Shown: positions 50,519 through 64,000 of the stretch, piece after piece
Position numbering within the stretch: position 1 is the stretch's first letter
Layout of the letters: the number at the start of each line of letters is the position of its first letter
Assembly (NCBI GenBank): GCA_951406725.2
Contig: OX597819.1
Coordinates: 135,470,001-135,534,000 of the forward strand
Direction of reading: 5' to 3'
Length of the DNA: 64,000 bases
DNA from: Octopus vulgaris
Taxonomy: Eukaryota
The notes under the pieces: generated by a model
What the model was told of the DNA's origin: nothing
The model's input: the letters and a program-made list of their open reading frames with translations, nothing else
Databases searched by the model: none
Position numbers and translations under genes: made by a program

Positions 50519-53500
50519 AAAAGAAACGAGAGAAAGAAAACGAGAGAGAAATGAATGTGTGAGAGACAGGAAGAATGATAAAAAGAAAACGAGAGGGATG
50601 TGGGAGAAGGAAGAGATAAAAGCGAGAGAGCGAGAAAAGATGGAGAGAGCGAGAAAAAGAAACGAGAGAATAAAAGAGAGAGATGAATGAGTGAGAGACA
50701 GGAAGAATGTTAAAATGAAAACGTTTGGGAGGGAGAAGGAGATAAAAGCGACAGAACGAGAAAAAAAGGAGAGAGAGAGAAAAAGAAACGAGAGAAACAA
50801 AGAGAGAAATGAATGAGTGAGAGACAGGAAGAATGATAAAAAGAAAACGAGAGGGAGGGTGAAGGAGATAAAAGCGAGAGAGCGAGAAACAAAGGAGAAA
50901 GAGAGAAATGAATGAAGGAGGGAAAGGATGAATGATGAAAGAAAACGAGAGGGAGAAAGAAGGAGACAAAGGCGATAGAGCGGGAAAAAAAGGAGAGAGT
51001 GAGAGAAAAAGAAACGAGAGAAACAAAGAGAGAAATGAATGAGTGAGAGATAGGAAGAATGATAAAAATAAAACGAACGAGAGGAAGGCAGATGGAGATC
51101 AAAGCGACAGAACGAGAAAAAAAAGAAGAGAGAGAGAAAGAAACGAGAGAAGGAAAGACAGAAACGAATGAGTGAGAGACAGGAAGAATGACAGAAAGAA
51201 AACGAGAGGGAGAAAGAATGGGATAAAAGCGAGAGAGCGAGAAGAGAAGGAGAGAGAGATAAAGAAACGAGAGAAACGAAGAGAGAAATGAATGAGTGAG
51301 AGTGAGTAAGAATGATAAAAAGAGAGAAGGAGAAGGAGATAAAAGCGATAGAGTTAGAAAAAAGGAGAGAGAGAGAAAAACAAACGAGAGAAACAAAGAG
51401 AGAAACGAATGAGTGAGAGACAGGAAGAATGATAGAAAGAAAACGAGAGGGAGAAAGAATGAGATAAAAGCGAGAGAGCGAGAAGAAAAGGAGAGAGAGA
51501 AATAGAAACGAGAGAAAAAAAGAGGGAAATGAATGAGTGAGATAGGAAGAATGATAAAAAGAAAACGAGAGGGAGGGAGAAGGAGATTAAAGCGAGACTG
51601 CGAGAAAGAAAGAGAGTGAGAGAAAAAAGAGAGACATGAATGAGTGAGAGACAGAAAGAATGATAAAAAGAAAACGAGAGGGAGGGAGAAGGAGATAAAA
51701 GCGAGAGAACAAGAAAAGAAGGAGAGAGAAAGAAAAAAAGAGAGAAATGAATGAGAGACTGGAAGAATGATAAAAAGAGAACGGGATGGAGGGAGAAGGA
51801 GATAAGAGCGAGAAAGCGAGAAACGAAGGAGAGAGAGAGACAAAGAAACGAGAGAAAAAAGAGAGAAATGAATGAGTGAGAGACAGGAAGAATGATAAAA
51901 AGAAAACGAGTGGGAGGGAGAAGGAGAAAAAGCGAAAGACCGAGAAATAAAGCGGAGAGAGAAGAAAAGAAACGAGAGAAACAAAGAGAGAAATGAATGA
52001 GTGAGAGACTGGAAGAATAATGAAAATAAAACGAGAGGGAGGGAGAAGGAGATAAAAGCAAGAAAGCCAGAAAAGAAGGAGAGAGCGAGAAAAAGAAACG
52101 AGAGAAAAATAGAGAGAAATGAATGAGTGAGAGACAGGAAGAATGATAAAAAGAAAACGAGTGGGAGGGAGAAGGAGAAAAAAGCGAGGGAGCGAGAAAA
52201 AGAAGGAGAGAGCGAGAAAAAGAAACGAGAGAAAAATAGAGAGAAATGAATGAGTGAGAGACAGGAAGAATGATTAAAAGAAAACGAGAGGGAGGAAGAA
52301 GGAGGTAAAAGCGAGAGAGAGAGAAAAAGAGTGAGTGCGACAAAAAGAAACGAGAGAAACAAAGAGAGAAATGAATGAGTGAGAGACAGGAAGAATGATA
52401 AAAAGAAAAAAAGAGGGAAGGAGAAGGAGATAAATGCGAGAGTGCGAGAAAAAAAGGAGAGAGAGAGAAAAACAAACGAGAGAAACCAAGAGAGAAACGA
52501 ATGAGTGAGATACAGGAAGAACGATAGACAGAAAACGAGGGGGAGAAAGAATGAGATAAAAGCGAGAGAGCAAGAATAAAAGGAGAGAGAGAAATAGAAA
52601 CGAGAGAAAAATGAGAGAAATGAATGAGTGAGAGACAGGAAGAATGTTAAAAAGAAAACGTGAGGGAGGGCGAAGGAGATAAAAGCGAGACTGCGAGAAA
52701 AGAAAGAGAGAGAAAAAGAAACGAGAAAAACAAAGAGAGAAATGAATGGGTGAGAGACTGGAAGAATGATAAAAAGAAAACGGGATGAAGGGAGAAGGAG
52801 ATAAGAGCGTGAATGCGAGAAACGAAGGAGAGAACGAGAAAAAGAAACGAGAGAAAGAAAGAGAGGAATGAATGAGTGAGAGACAGGAAGAATGATAAAA
52901 AGAAAACGAGTGGGAGGGAGAAGGAGAAAAAGCGAGAGAGCGAGAAAAAGGAGGAGAGAGCGAGAAAAAGAAACGAGAGAAAAAAGAGAGAAATGAATGA
53001 GTGAGAGATCGGAAGAATGATTAAAAGAAATCGAGAGGGAGGGAGAAGGAGATAAAATCGAGAGAGAGAGAAAAAAGGAGTGTGCGAGAAAAAGAAACGA
53101 GAAAAAAATAAAGAGAAATGAATGAGTGAGAGACAGTAAGAATGATAAAAAGAAAAAAAGAGGGAAGGAGAAGGAGATAATAGCGATAGAGCGAGAAAAA
53201 AAGGAGAGAGAGAGAAAAACGCTGTCTAGCTTTGTTTCTCCTTCTCCCTCCCATTCGTTTTCTTTTTATCATTCTACCTGTCTCTCACTCATTCATTTCT
53301 ATCTATTTTTCTCTCGTTTCTTTTTCTCTCTCTCTCTCGTTCGTTTCTCGCTTTCTCGCTCTTATCTCCTTCTCCCTGCATCCCGTCGTAAGTGTGTATT
53401 CTTATCATTCCTTCCAGTCTCTCACTCATTCATTTCTGTCTTTGTTTCTCTCGTTTCTTTTTCTCTCTCTCTCTCTCTTTCATTTCTCGTTCTCTCCTTC

Positions 53501-56500
53501 TATCTCCTTCTCCCTCCATCTCGTTTTCTTAATATCTCTTCCTGTCTCTCACTCATTTATGTCCCTCTTTTTCTCTCACCCTCTTTCTTTTCTCGCAGTC
53601 TCGCTTTTATCTCCTTCTCCTTCCTCTCGTATTCTTTAACATTCTTCCTGTCTTTCACTCATTCATTTCTCTCTTTTTTTCTCTCGTTTCTATTTCTCTC
53701 TATCTTTTTCTCGCTCTCTCGCTTTTATCTAATTCTTTCTCCCTCTCGTTTTCTTTCTATCATTCTTCCTGTCTCTCACTCATTCGTTTCTCTCTTTGTT
53801 TGATAAAAGCGAGAGAACGAAAAAAAGAGAGAGAGAGAGAGAAAGAAACGAAAGAAAAAAGTAGAAATGAATGAGTGAGATACAGGAAGAATGATAAAAA
53901 GAAAACGAGTGGGTGGGAGAATGAGATAAAAGCGAGAGAACGAGAAAAAAAGAGAGAGATATTCGTGTATAAATAAACGTGAGAGAAAAAAGAAAGAAAT
54001 GAATGAGTGAGAGACAGGAAGAATGTTATAAAGAAAAGGAGAGGGAGTATGAAGGAGATAAAAGGGAGAGAGCGAGAAAAAAGGAGAGCGAGTGAAAAAG
54101 AAACGAGAGAAAAAAGAGAGAAATGAATGAGTGAGAGACAGGAAGAATGATGAAAAGAAAACGGGAGGGAGGGAGAAGGAGATAAAAGCGAGAGAGCGAG
54201 AAAAGAAGGAGAAAGAGAGAAATGAATGAGTGAGAGAAGGGAAGAATGATAAAAAGAAAAGGAGAAGGAGAAAGAAGGAGATGAATGTTAGAGAGCGAGA
54301 AAAGAAGGTGAGAGAGAGAAAAAGAAACGAGAGAAACAAAGAGAGAAATGAATGAGTGAGAGACAGGAAGAATGATAAAAAGAAAAAAGATGGAAGGAGA
54401 AGATGTATGTATGTATGTATGCGTGTGCAAAAAAAAGGAGACTGAGAAAAACAAACGAAAGAAACAAAGAGAGAAACGAATGAGTGAGAGGCAGGAAGAA
54501 TGAAAGAAAGAAAACGAGATGGAGGGAGAATGAGATAAAAGCGAGAGAGCGAGAAACAAGGATAGAGAGAGAATTAGAAACGAGAGAAAAATAGAGAGAA
54601 ATGAATGAGTGAGAGACAGGAAGAATGATAAAAAGAAAACGAGAGGGAGGGAGAAGGAGATAAAAGCGAGAGAACGAGAAAAGAAGGAGAGAGAATGAAA
54701 AAAAGAGAGAAATGAATGAGTGTATGTATGTGTGTGTGCGTGTGTGTGTGGGTATGTGTGAGAATAAGAAAGAGAGAGAGGGAGAAGGTGATAAAAGCGA
54801 GAGAACGAGAAAAGAAGGAGAGAGAGAGTGAAAGAAACGAGAGAAAAAAGTAGAAATGAATGAGTGAGAGAGAGATGATAAAAAGAAAACGGGATGGAGG
54901 GAGAAGGAGATAAGATCGAGAAAGCGAGAAACGAAGGAGAGAGAGAGAAAAGGAAACGAGAGAAAAATAGAGAGAAATGAATGATTGAGAGACAGGAAGA
55001 ATGATAAAAAGAAAACGAGAGGGAGGGAGAAGGAGAAAAAAGCGAAAGAGCGAGAAATAAAGGGGAGAGAGTGGAAAAGAAACGAGAGAAACTAAGAGAG
55101 AAATGAATGAGTGAGAGACAAGAAGAATGATAAAAAGAATACGAGAGGGAGGGAGAAGGAGAGATCTGTGTGTGAAAGCGAGAATTGAAGGAGAGAGCGA
55201 GAAAAAGTAACGAGAGAAAAATAGAGAGAAATGAATGAATGAGAGACAGGAAGAATGATAAATAGAAAACGAGAGGGAAGAAGAAGGAGATAAAAGCGAG
55301 AAAGCGAGGATTGAAGGAGAGAGCGAGAAAAAGGAGCGAGGGAACCAAAGAGGGAAATGAATGAGTGAGAGACAGGAAGAATGTTAAAAAGAAAACGAGA
55401 GGGATGGAGAAGGAGATAAAAGCGAGAAAGCGAGAAAAGAAGGAGCGAGAGAAAAAAGAAACGAGAGAAAACTAGAGAGAAATGAATGAGTGAGAGACAG
55501 GAGGAATGATAAAAAGAAAACGAGTGGGAGGGAGAAGGAGAAAAAAGCGAGAGAGCGAGAAAAAGAAGGAGAGAGCAATCAAAAGAAACGAGAGAAAAAT
55601 AGAGAGAAATGAATGAGAGACAGGAAGAATGATAAAGGAAAACGAGAGGGAGAGAGAAGGAGATGAAAGCGAGAGAACAAGACAAAAGAAAGAGTGAGAA
55701 AAAGAAACGAGAGAAACAGAGAGAGAAATGAATGAGTCAGAGACAGGAAGAATGATAAAAAGAAAAATAGTGGGAGGGAGAAGGAGATAATAGCGATAGG
55801 GCGAGAAAAAAGAGAGAGAGAGAAAAACAAACGATAGAAACAAAGAGAGAAACGAATGAGTGAGAGAAAGATAGAATGATAGAAAGAAAACGAGAGGGAG
55901 AAAGAATGAGATAAAAGCGAGAGAGTGAGAAAGATGGAGAGAGAGTAAAAGAAACGAGAGAAAAAAGAGAGAAATGAATGAGTGAGAGACACGAAGAATG
56001 ATAAAAGGAAAACGAGAGGGAGAGAGAAGGAGAGAAAAGCGAGAGAACAAGACAAAAGAAAGAGTGAGAAAAAGAAACGAGAGAAGCAAAGAGAGAAATG
56101 AATGAGTGAGAGACAGGAAGAATGATAAAAAGAAAACAAGTGCGAGGGAGAAGGAGAAAAAAACAAGAGAACAAGAAAAAAGGAAAGAGTGAGAAAAAGA
56201 AATGAGAGAACGAAAGAGAGAAATGAATGAGTAAGAGAGAGGAAGAATGATAAAAAGAAAACGAGAGGGAGGGAGAAGGAGATAAAAGCGATTGAGCGAG
56301 AAAAGAAGGAGAGAGCGAGAAAAAGAAACGAGAGAAAAAAAGGAGAAATGAATGTGTGAGATACAGGAAGAATGATAAAAAGAAAACGAGTGGGTGGGAG
56401 AAGGAGATAAATGCGAGAGAACGAGAAAAAAGGAGAGAGAGAAAAAGAAACAAGAGAAAAAAGAGAGAAATGTATGAGTGGGAGGCAGGAAGAATGTTAA

Positions 56501-59500
56501 AAAGAAAAGGAGAGGGAGGAAAAAGGAGATAAAAGCGAGAGAGCGAGAAAAAAGGAGAGCGGGAGAAAAAGAAACGAGAGAAAAAAGAGTGAAATGATTG
56601 AGTGAGAGACAGGAAGAATGATAAAAAGAAAACGAGAGGGAAGGAGAAGGAAATAAAATCGATAGAGCGAGAAAAAAAGGAGATAGAGAGAAATGAATAA
56701 GTGAGATAAAGGAAGAATGATAAAAAGAAAACGACAGGGAGAAAGAAGGAGATAAAAGCGAGAGAGCGAGAAAAGAATGAGAGAGAGAGAAAAAGAAACG
56801 AGAGAAACAAAGAGAGAAGTGAATGAGTGATAGGCAGGAAGAATGATAAAAAGAAAACGAGAGGGAGGAAGAAGGAGATAAAAGTGAGAGAGCGAGAAAA
56901 AAGGAGAGCGAAAGAAAAAGAAACGAGAGATAAATAGAGAGAAATGAATGAGTGAAAGAAAGGAAGAATGATAAAAAGAAAACGAGAGGGAAGGAGAAGG
57001 AGATAAAAGCGATAGAGCGAGAAAAAAAGGAGAAAGAGAGAAATGAATAAGTGAGAAATAAGGAAGAATGATAAAAAGAAAACGAGAGGGAGAAAGAAGG
57101 AGATAAAAGCGAGAGAGCGAGAAAAGAAGGAGAGAGAGAGAAAAGAAACGAGAGAAACAAAGAGAGAAATGAATGAGTGATAGACAGGAAGAATGATAAA
57201 AAGAAAACGAGAGGGAGGAAGAAGGAGATAAGAGCGAGAAAGCGAGAAACGAAGGAGAGAGAGAGAAAAGGAAACGAGAGAAAAATAGAGAGAAATGAAT
57301 GATTGAGAGACAGGAAGAATGATAAAAAGAAAACGAGAGGGAGGGAGAAGGAGAAAGAAGCGAAAGAGCGAGAAATAAAGGGGAGAGAGTTGAAAAGAAA
57401 CGAGAGAAACAAAGAGAGAAATAAATGAGTGAGAGACAAGAAGAATGATAAAAAGAATACGAGAGGAAGGGAGAAGGAGATAAAAGCGAGAAAGCGAGAA
57501 TTGAAGGAGAGAGCGAGAAAAAGTAACGAGAGACAAAAAGAGAGAAATGAATGAATGAGAGACAGGAAGAATGATAAATAGAAAACGAGAGGGAAGAAGA
57601 AGGAGAGAAAAGCGAGAAAGCGAGGATTGAAGGAGAGAGCGAGAAAAAGGAGCGAGAGAAAAATAGAGAGAAATGAATGAGAGACAGGAAGAATGATAAA
57701 AGGAAAACGAGAGGGAGAGAGAAGGAGATGAAAGCGAGAGAACAAGACAAAAGAAAGAGTGAGAAAAAGAAACGAGAGAAACAGAGAGAGAAATGAATGA
57801 GTCAGAGACAGGAAGAATGATAAAAAGAAAAATAGTGGGAGGGAGAAGGAGATAATAGCGATAGGGTGAGAAAAAAGGAGAGAGAGAGAAAAACAAACGA
57901 TAGAAACAAAGAGAGAATCGAATGAGTGAGAGAAAGACAGAATGATAGAAAGAAAACGAGAGGGAGAAAGAATGAGATAAAAGCGAGAGAGTGAGAAAAG
58001 ATGGAGAGAGAGTAAAAGAAACGAGTGAAAAAAGAGAGAAATGAATGAGTGAAATACACGAAGAATGATAAAGGAAAACGAGAGGGAGAGAGAAGGAGAT
58101 AAAAGCGAGAGAACAAGACAAAAGAAAGAGTGAGAAAAAGAAACGAGAGAAACAAAGAGAGAAATGAATGAGTGAGAGACAGGAAGAATGATAAAAAGAA
58201 AACAAGTGGGAGGGAGAAGGAGAAAAAAACAAGAGAAGAGAAAAAGGAAAGAGTGAGAAAAAGAAATGAGAGAACGAAAGAGAGAAATGAATGAGTCAGA
58301 GAGAGGAAGAATGATAAAAAGAAAACGAGAGGGAGGGAGAAGGAGATATAAGCGAGAGAGCGAGAAAAGAAGGAGAGAGCGAGAAAAGGAAACGAGAGAA
58401 AAAAAGGAGAAATGAATGTGTGAGATACAGGAAGAATGATAAAAAGAAAACGAGTGGGTGGGAGAAGGAGATAAATGCGAGAGAACGAGAAAAAAGGAGA
58501 GAGAGAAAAAGAAACGAGAGAAAAAAGAGAGAAATGTATGAGTGGGAGGCAGGAAGAATGTTAAAAAGAAAAGGAGAGGGAGGAAAAAGGAGATAAAAGC
58601 GAGAGAGCGAGAAAAAAGGAGAGCGAGAGAAAAAGAAACGAGAGAAACAAAGAGAGAAATGAATGAGTGATAGACAGGAAGAATGATAAAAAGAAAACGA
58701 GAGGGAGGAAGAAGGAGATAAAAGTGAGAGAGCGAGAAAAAAGGAGAGCGAAAGAAAAAGAAACGAGAGATAAATAGAGAGAAATGAATGAGTGAAAGAA
58801 AGGAAGAATGATAAAAAGAAAACGAGAGGGAAGGAGAAGGAGATAAAAGCGATAGAGCGAGAAAAAAAGGAGAAAGAGAGAAATGAATGAGTGAGATAAA
58901 GGAAGAATGCTAAAAAGAAAACGAGATGGAAGGAGAAGGAGATAAAAGTGAGAGAGCGTGAAAAGAAGGAGAAAGAGAGAAATGAATGAGTGAGAGAAAG
59001 GAAGAATGATAAAAAGAAAACGAGAGGGAGGAAGAAGGAGATAAAAGCGAGAGAGCGAGAAAAAAGGAGAGCGAAAGAAAAAGAAACGAGAGATAAATAG
59101 AGAGAAATGAATGAGTGAAAGAAAGGAAGAATGATAAAAAAAAACGAGAGGGAAGGAGAAGGAGATAAAGGCGATAGAGCGAGAAAAAAAGGAGAAAGAG
59201 AGAAATGAATGAGTGAGATAAAGGAAGAATGATAAAAAGAAAACGAGATGGAAGGAGAAGGAGATAAAAGTGAGAGAGCGTGAAAAAAAGGAGAAAGAGA
59301 GAAATGAATGAGTGAGAGAAAGGAAGAATGATAAAAAGAAAACGAGAGGGAGAAAGAAGGAGATAAATGCGAGAGAGCGAGAAAAGTAGGAGAGAGAGAG
59401 AAAAAGAAACGAGAGAAACAAAGAGAGAAATGAATGAGTGAGAGACAGGAAGAATGAAAAAAAGAAAAAAAAGAGGGAAGGAGAAGGAGATAAAAGCGAG

Positions 59501-62500
59501 ACTGCGAGAAAAGAAAGAGAATGAGAGAAAAAAGAGAGACATAAATGAGTGAGAGACAGGAAGAATGATAAAAAGAAAACGAGTGGGTGGGAGAAGTAGA
59601 TAAAAGCGAGAGAACGAGAAAAAAAGGAGAGAGAGAAAATGAAACGAGAGAAAAAAAGAGAGAAACGAATGAGTGAGAAGAAGGAAGAATGATAAAAAGA
59701 AAACGAGAGGGAGAAAGAAGGAGATAAAAGCGAGAGAGCGAGAAAAGAAGGAGAGAGCGAAAAAAAGAAACGAGAGTAACAAAGAGAGAAATGAATGAGT
59801 GAGAGACAGGAAGAATGATAAAAAGAAAAAAGCGGGAAGGAGAAGGAGAGAAAAGCGATAGACTGAGAAAAAAATGAGAGAGAGAGAAAAACAAACGAGA
59901 GAAACAAAGAGAGAAACGAATGAGTGAGAGACAGGAAGAATGATAGAAAGAAAACGAGAGGGAGAAAGAATGAGATAAAAGCGAGAGAAGAAGAAAAGAA
60001 GGAGAGAGAAAGAAAAAAAGAGAGAAATGAATGAGTGAGAGACAAGAAGAGATATAAAGAATACGAGAGGAGAAAGAAAGAAATGAATGAGTGAGAGAAA
60101 GGAAGAATGATAAAAAGAAAACGAGAGGGAGAAAGAAGGAGATGAAAGCGAGAGAGCGAGAAAGAAGGTGAGAGAGAGAAAAAGAAACGATATAAAAAAA
60201 GAGAGAAATGAATGAGTGAGAGACAGGAAGAATGATAATAAGAAAACTAGAGGGAGGCAGATGGAGATAAAAGCGACAGAACGATAAAAAAAAGGAGAGA
60301 GAGAGAGAGAAAAAGGAGCGAGGGAATCAAAGAGGGAAATGAATGAGTGAGAGACAGGAAGAATGTTAAAAAGAAAACGAGAGGGAGGGAGAAGGAGATA
60401 AAAGCAAGAAAGCGAGAAAAGAAGGAGAGTGCGAGAAAAAGAAACGAGAGAAAATTAGAGAGAAATGAATGAGTGAGAGACAGGAAGAATGATAAAAAGA
60501 AAACGAGAGGGAGGGAGAAGGAGATAAAAGCGAGAAAGCTAGAATAGAAGGAGAGTGCGTGAAAAAGAAACGAGAGGAAAATAGAGAGAAATGAATTAGT
60601 GAGAGCCAGGAAGAATGAAAAAAGAAAACGAGTGGGTGGGAGAAGGAGAAAAATGCGAGAAAGAAAAGAAAGAAGGAGAGTGCGAGAAAAAGAAACGAGA
60701 GAAACATAGAGAGAAATGAATGAGTGTGAGACAGGAATAATGATAAAAAGAAAAGGAGAGGGAGGAAGAAGGAGATAAAAACGAGAGAGCGAGAAGAATA
60801 GGAGAGAGAGAAAAAGAAACGAGAGAAAAATAGAGATATGAATGATAAAAAGAAAGCGAGAGGGAGGGAGAAGGAGATAAAAGCGAGAGATATAGAAAAA
60901 AGGAGAGCGAGAGAAAATAAACGAGAGAAAAAAAGGGAGAAATGAATGAGTGAGAGACAGGAAGAATGATAAAAAGGAAACGATAGGGAGGGTGAAGGAG
61001 ATAAAAGCGAGAGAGCGAGAAAAAAATGAGTAAGAGAGAAATGAATGAATGAGAGAAAGGAAGAATGGAAAAAAGAAAACGTGCGGGAGAAAGAGGGAGA
61101 TAAAAGCGAGAGAGCGAGAAAACAAGGCGAGAGAGAGAAAAAAGAAACGTGAGAAACAAAGAGAGAAATGAATGAGTGAGGGACAGGAAGAATGATAAAA
61201 AGAAAAAAAGAGGGAAGGAGAAGGAGATAAAAGCGATAGAGCGAGAAAAAAGGAGAGAGAGAGAAAAACAAACGAGAGAAATATAGAGAGAAATTAATCA
61301 GTGAGAGACAGGAAGAATGATAAAAAGAAAAAGTGGGAGGGAGAAGGATTAAAAAGCGAGAAAGAAAAGAAAGAAGGAGAGTGCGAGAAAAAGAAACGAG
61401 AGAAGCATAGAGAGAAATGAATGAGTGAGAGACAGGAAGAATGATAAAAAGAAAACGAGGGGGAGGGAGAAGGAGATAAAAGCGAGAGAGCGAGAACAGA
61501 AGGAGAAACAGAGAAGTGAATGAGTGAGAGAAAGGAAGAATGATAAAAAAAAAGGAGAAGGAGGAAGAAGGAGATAAAAGCGAGAGAGCGGGAAAAAAAG
61601 GAGAAAGAGAGAAGTGAATGAGTGAGAGAAAGGAAGAATGATAAAAAGAAAACGAGAGGGAGAAAGAAGGTGATAAATGCGAGAGAGCGAGAAAGAAGGA
61701 GAGAGAGAGAGAAAACAAACGAGAGAAACAAAGAGAGAAATGAATGAGTGAGAGACAGGAAGAATGATAAAAACAAAACAAGTGGGAGGGAGAAGGAGAA
61801 AAAAACGAGAGAACAAGAAAAAAGGAAAGTGTGAGAAAAAGAAACGAGAGAAACAATGAGAGAAACGAATTAGTGAGAGACAGGAAGAATGATTAAAAGA
61901 AAACGAGAGGGAGGGAGGAGATAAAACCGAGAGGGCGAGAAAAGAAGGAGTGATCGAGAAAATGGAACGAGAGAAAAAAGGTAGAAATGAATGTGTGTGA
62001 TACAGGGACAATGATAAAAAAAAACGAGTGGGTGGGAGAAGGAGATAAAAGCGAGAGAACGAGAAAAAAGGAGAGAGCGAAAAAGAAACGAGAGAAAAAA
62101 AGAGAGAAATGAATGAGTGAGAGACAGTAAGAATGTTAAAAAGAAAAGGAGAGGGGGGAAAAGGAGATAAAAGCGATAGAGTGAGAAAAAAGGAGAAAGA
62201 GAGAACTGAATGAGTGAGAGAAAGGAAGAATGATAAAAAGAAAACGACAGGGAGAAAGAAGGAGATAAAAGCGAGAGAGCGAGAAAAGAAGGCGAGAGAG
62301 AGAAAAAGAAACGAGAGAAACAAAGAGAGAAATGAATGAGTGATAGACAGGAAGAAGGATAAAAAGAAAACGAGAGGGAGGAAGGAGATAAAGCGAGAGA
62401 GCGAGAAAAAATGAGAGCGAGAGAAAAAGAAATGAGAGATAAAAAGAGAGAAATGAACGAGTGAGAATCAGGAATATTGATTAAAAGAAAGCGAGAGGGA

Positions 62501-64000
62501 GGGAGAAGGAGATAAAAGCGAGAAAACGAGAAAAGATAGAGAGAGAGAGAGAGAAAGAAACGAGAGAAAAAAAGGAGAAATGAATGAGTGAGATACAGGA
62601 AGAATGATAATAAGAAAACAAGTGGGAGGGAGAAGTAGATAAAATCGAGCGAACGAGAAAAAAAGGAGAGAGAGAGAAGAAACGAGAGGAACAAAGAGAG
62701 AAATGAATGAGTGAGCGAAAGGAAGAATGTTAAAAAGTAAAGGAGAAGGAGGAAGAAGGAAATAAATGCGAGAGAGCGGGAAAAAAAGGGGAAAGTGAGA
62801 AATGAATGAGTGAGAGAAAGGTAGAATGATAAATAGAAAACGGGAGGGAGAAAAAGAAGGTGATAAAAGCGAGAGAGCGAGAAAAGAAGAAGAGAGAGAG
62901 AGAAAGAAACGAGAGAAACAAAGAGAGAAATGAATGAGTGAGAGACAGGAAGAATGATAAAAAGAAAAAAGAGAGGAAGGAGAAGGAGATAAAAGCGATA
63001 GAGCGAGAAAAAAAGGAGAGAGAGAAAAACAAACGAGAGAAACAAAGAGAAAAACGAATGAGTGAGAGACAGGAAGAATGATAGAAAGAAAACGAAAGGG
63101 TGAAAGAATGAGATAAAAGCGAGAGAGCGAGAAAAAAAGAGAGAGAGAAAAAGAAACGAGAGAAAAAAAGAGAGAAATGAATGAGTGAGAGACAGGAAGA
63201 ATGATAAAAAGAAATGAGAGGGAGGGAGGAGATAAAAGCGAGAGAACAAGAAAGAAGAAGAGAGAATGAAAAAGGAGAGAAATGAATGAGTGAGAGAAAG
63301 GAAGAGATATAAAGAAAACGAGAAGGTGGGAGAAGGAGATAAAAGCGAGTGAACGAGAAATGAAAGAGAGAGAGAGAGAAAAAGAAACGAGAGAAACAAA
63401 GAGAGAAATGAATGAGTGAGAGATAGGAAGAATGATAAAAAGAAAACGAGAGGGAGGGAGGAGATAAAAGCGAGAAAGCGAGAAACGAAGGAGAGAGAGA
63501 GAAAACGAAACGTGAGAAAAATTGAGAGAAATTGATGAGTGAGAGACAGGAAGAATGATAAAAGGAAAACGAGTGGGTGGCAGAAGGAGAAAACGCGAGA
63601 GAACAAGAAAAAAGGAAAGAGTGAGAAAAAGAAACGAGAGAAACAAAGAGAGAAATGAATGAGTGAGAGATAGGAAGAATGATAAAATGAAAACGAGTGG
63701 GAGGGAGAAGGAGAAAAAGCGAGAGAACAAGAAAAAAGAAAGAGTGAGAAAAAGAAACAAGAGAAATAAAGAGAGAAATGAATGAGTGAGAGACAGGAAG
63801 AATGTTAAAATGAAAACGGTTGGGAGGGAGAGGGAGAGAAAAGCGAGGGAACGAGAAAAAAAGGAGAGAGTGAGAGAGAAAAAGAAACGAGAGAAACAAA
63901 GAGAGAAATGAATGAGTGAGAATCAGGAAGAATGATAGAAGAAAATGAGAGGTAGGGAGAAGGAGATAAAAGCAAGAAAACGAGAAAAGAAAGAGAGAGA
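32960..64000 (+). repeat. Purine-rich tandem satellite, ~125-bp monomer, at least 31 kb (runs off window)
   Basis: Recurrent GAGAAATGAATGAGTGAGAGACAGGAAGAATGATAAAAAGAAAACGAGAGGGAGGGAGAAGGAGATAAAAGCGAGA; units start at 35585, 35711, 35837 (period 126); the unit 35585-35710 has 14 pyrimidines in 126 nt. Confidence 0.97.
53221..53801 (-). repeat. Inverted block of satellite monomers
   Basis: Abrupt switch to the CT-rich reverse complement (CCTGTCTCTCACTCATTCATTTC) and back. Confidence 0.95.

Noticed and set aside
32939-63899. Very long F/S/L-rich minus-strand ORFs (up to 1471 aa) resembling membrane proteins
   Set aside because: The pyrimidine-rich satellite strand lacks stop codons in all frames; overlapping ORFs and no domain signal
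32960-64000. CRISPR-like look (conserved boxes with variable intervals)
   Set aside because: Intervals are homologous to each other rather than unique spacers; no cas genes; eukaryotic context

Overview
Repeat-dominated eukaryotic genomic DNA. The SINE families and pervasive (TA)n/(CA)n/(TATG)n tracts suggest an octopus (inference, not database-verified). 1-33 kb is a transposon cluster anchored in (TA)n. It holds tRNA-derived SINEs, a 5'-truncated Neptune-like Penelope-like element (PLE; RT + GIY-YIG) with an inverted copy of its own 3' end, and an apparently full-length two-ORF CR1-group LINE plus a truncated relative. It also holds a ~7.5-kb near-perfect palindrome built from a second PLE family, Helitron-like and HERO-like remnants, and one probable host coding exon (30779-30858). 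33-64 kb is a ~125-bp, strongly purine-skewed satellite with an internal inversion and block duplications. Most striking: six hammerhead-ribozyme-like motifs of four sequence families sit at PLE-type termini, and a fold-back architecture with two 3' ends pointing outward into (TA)n recurs at several scales. Nearly all ORFs in the track are low-complexity artefacts.
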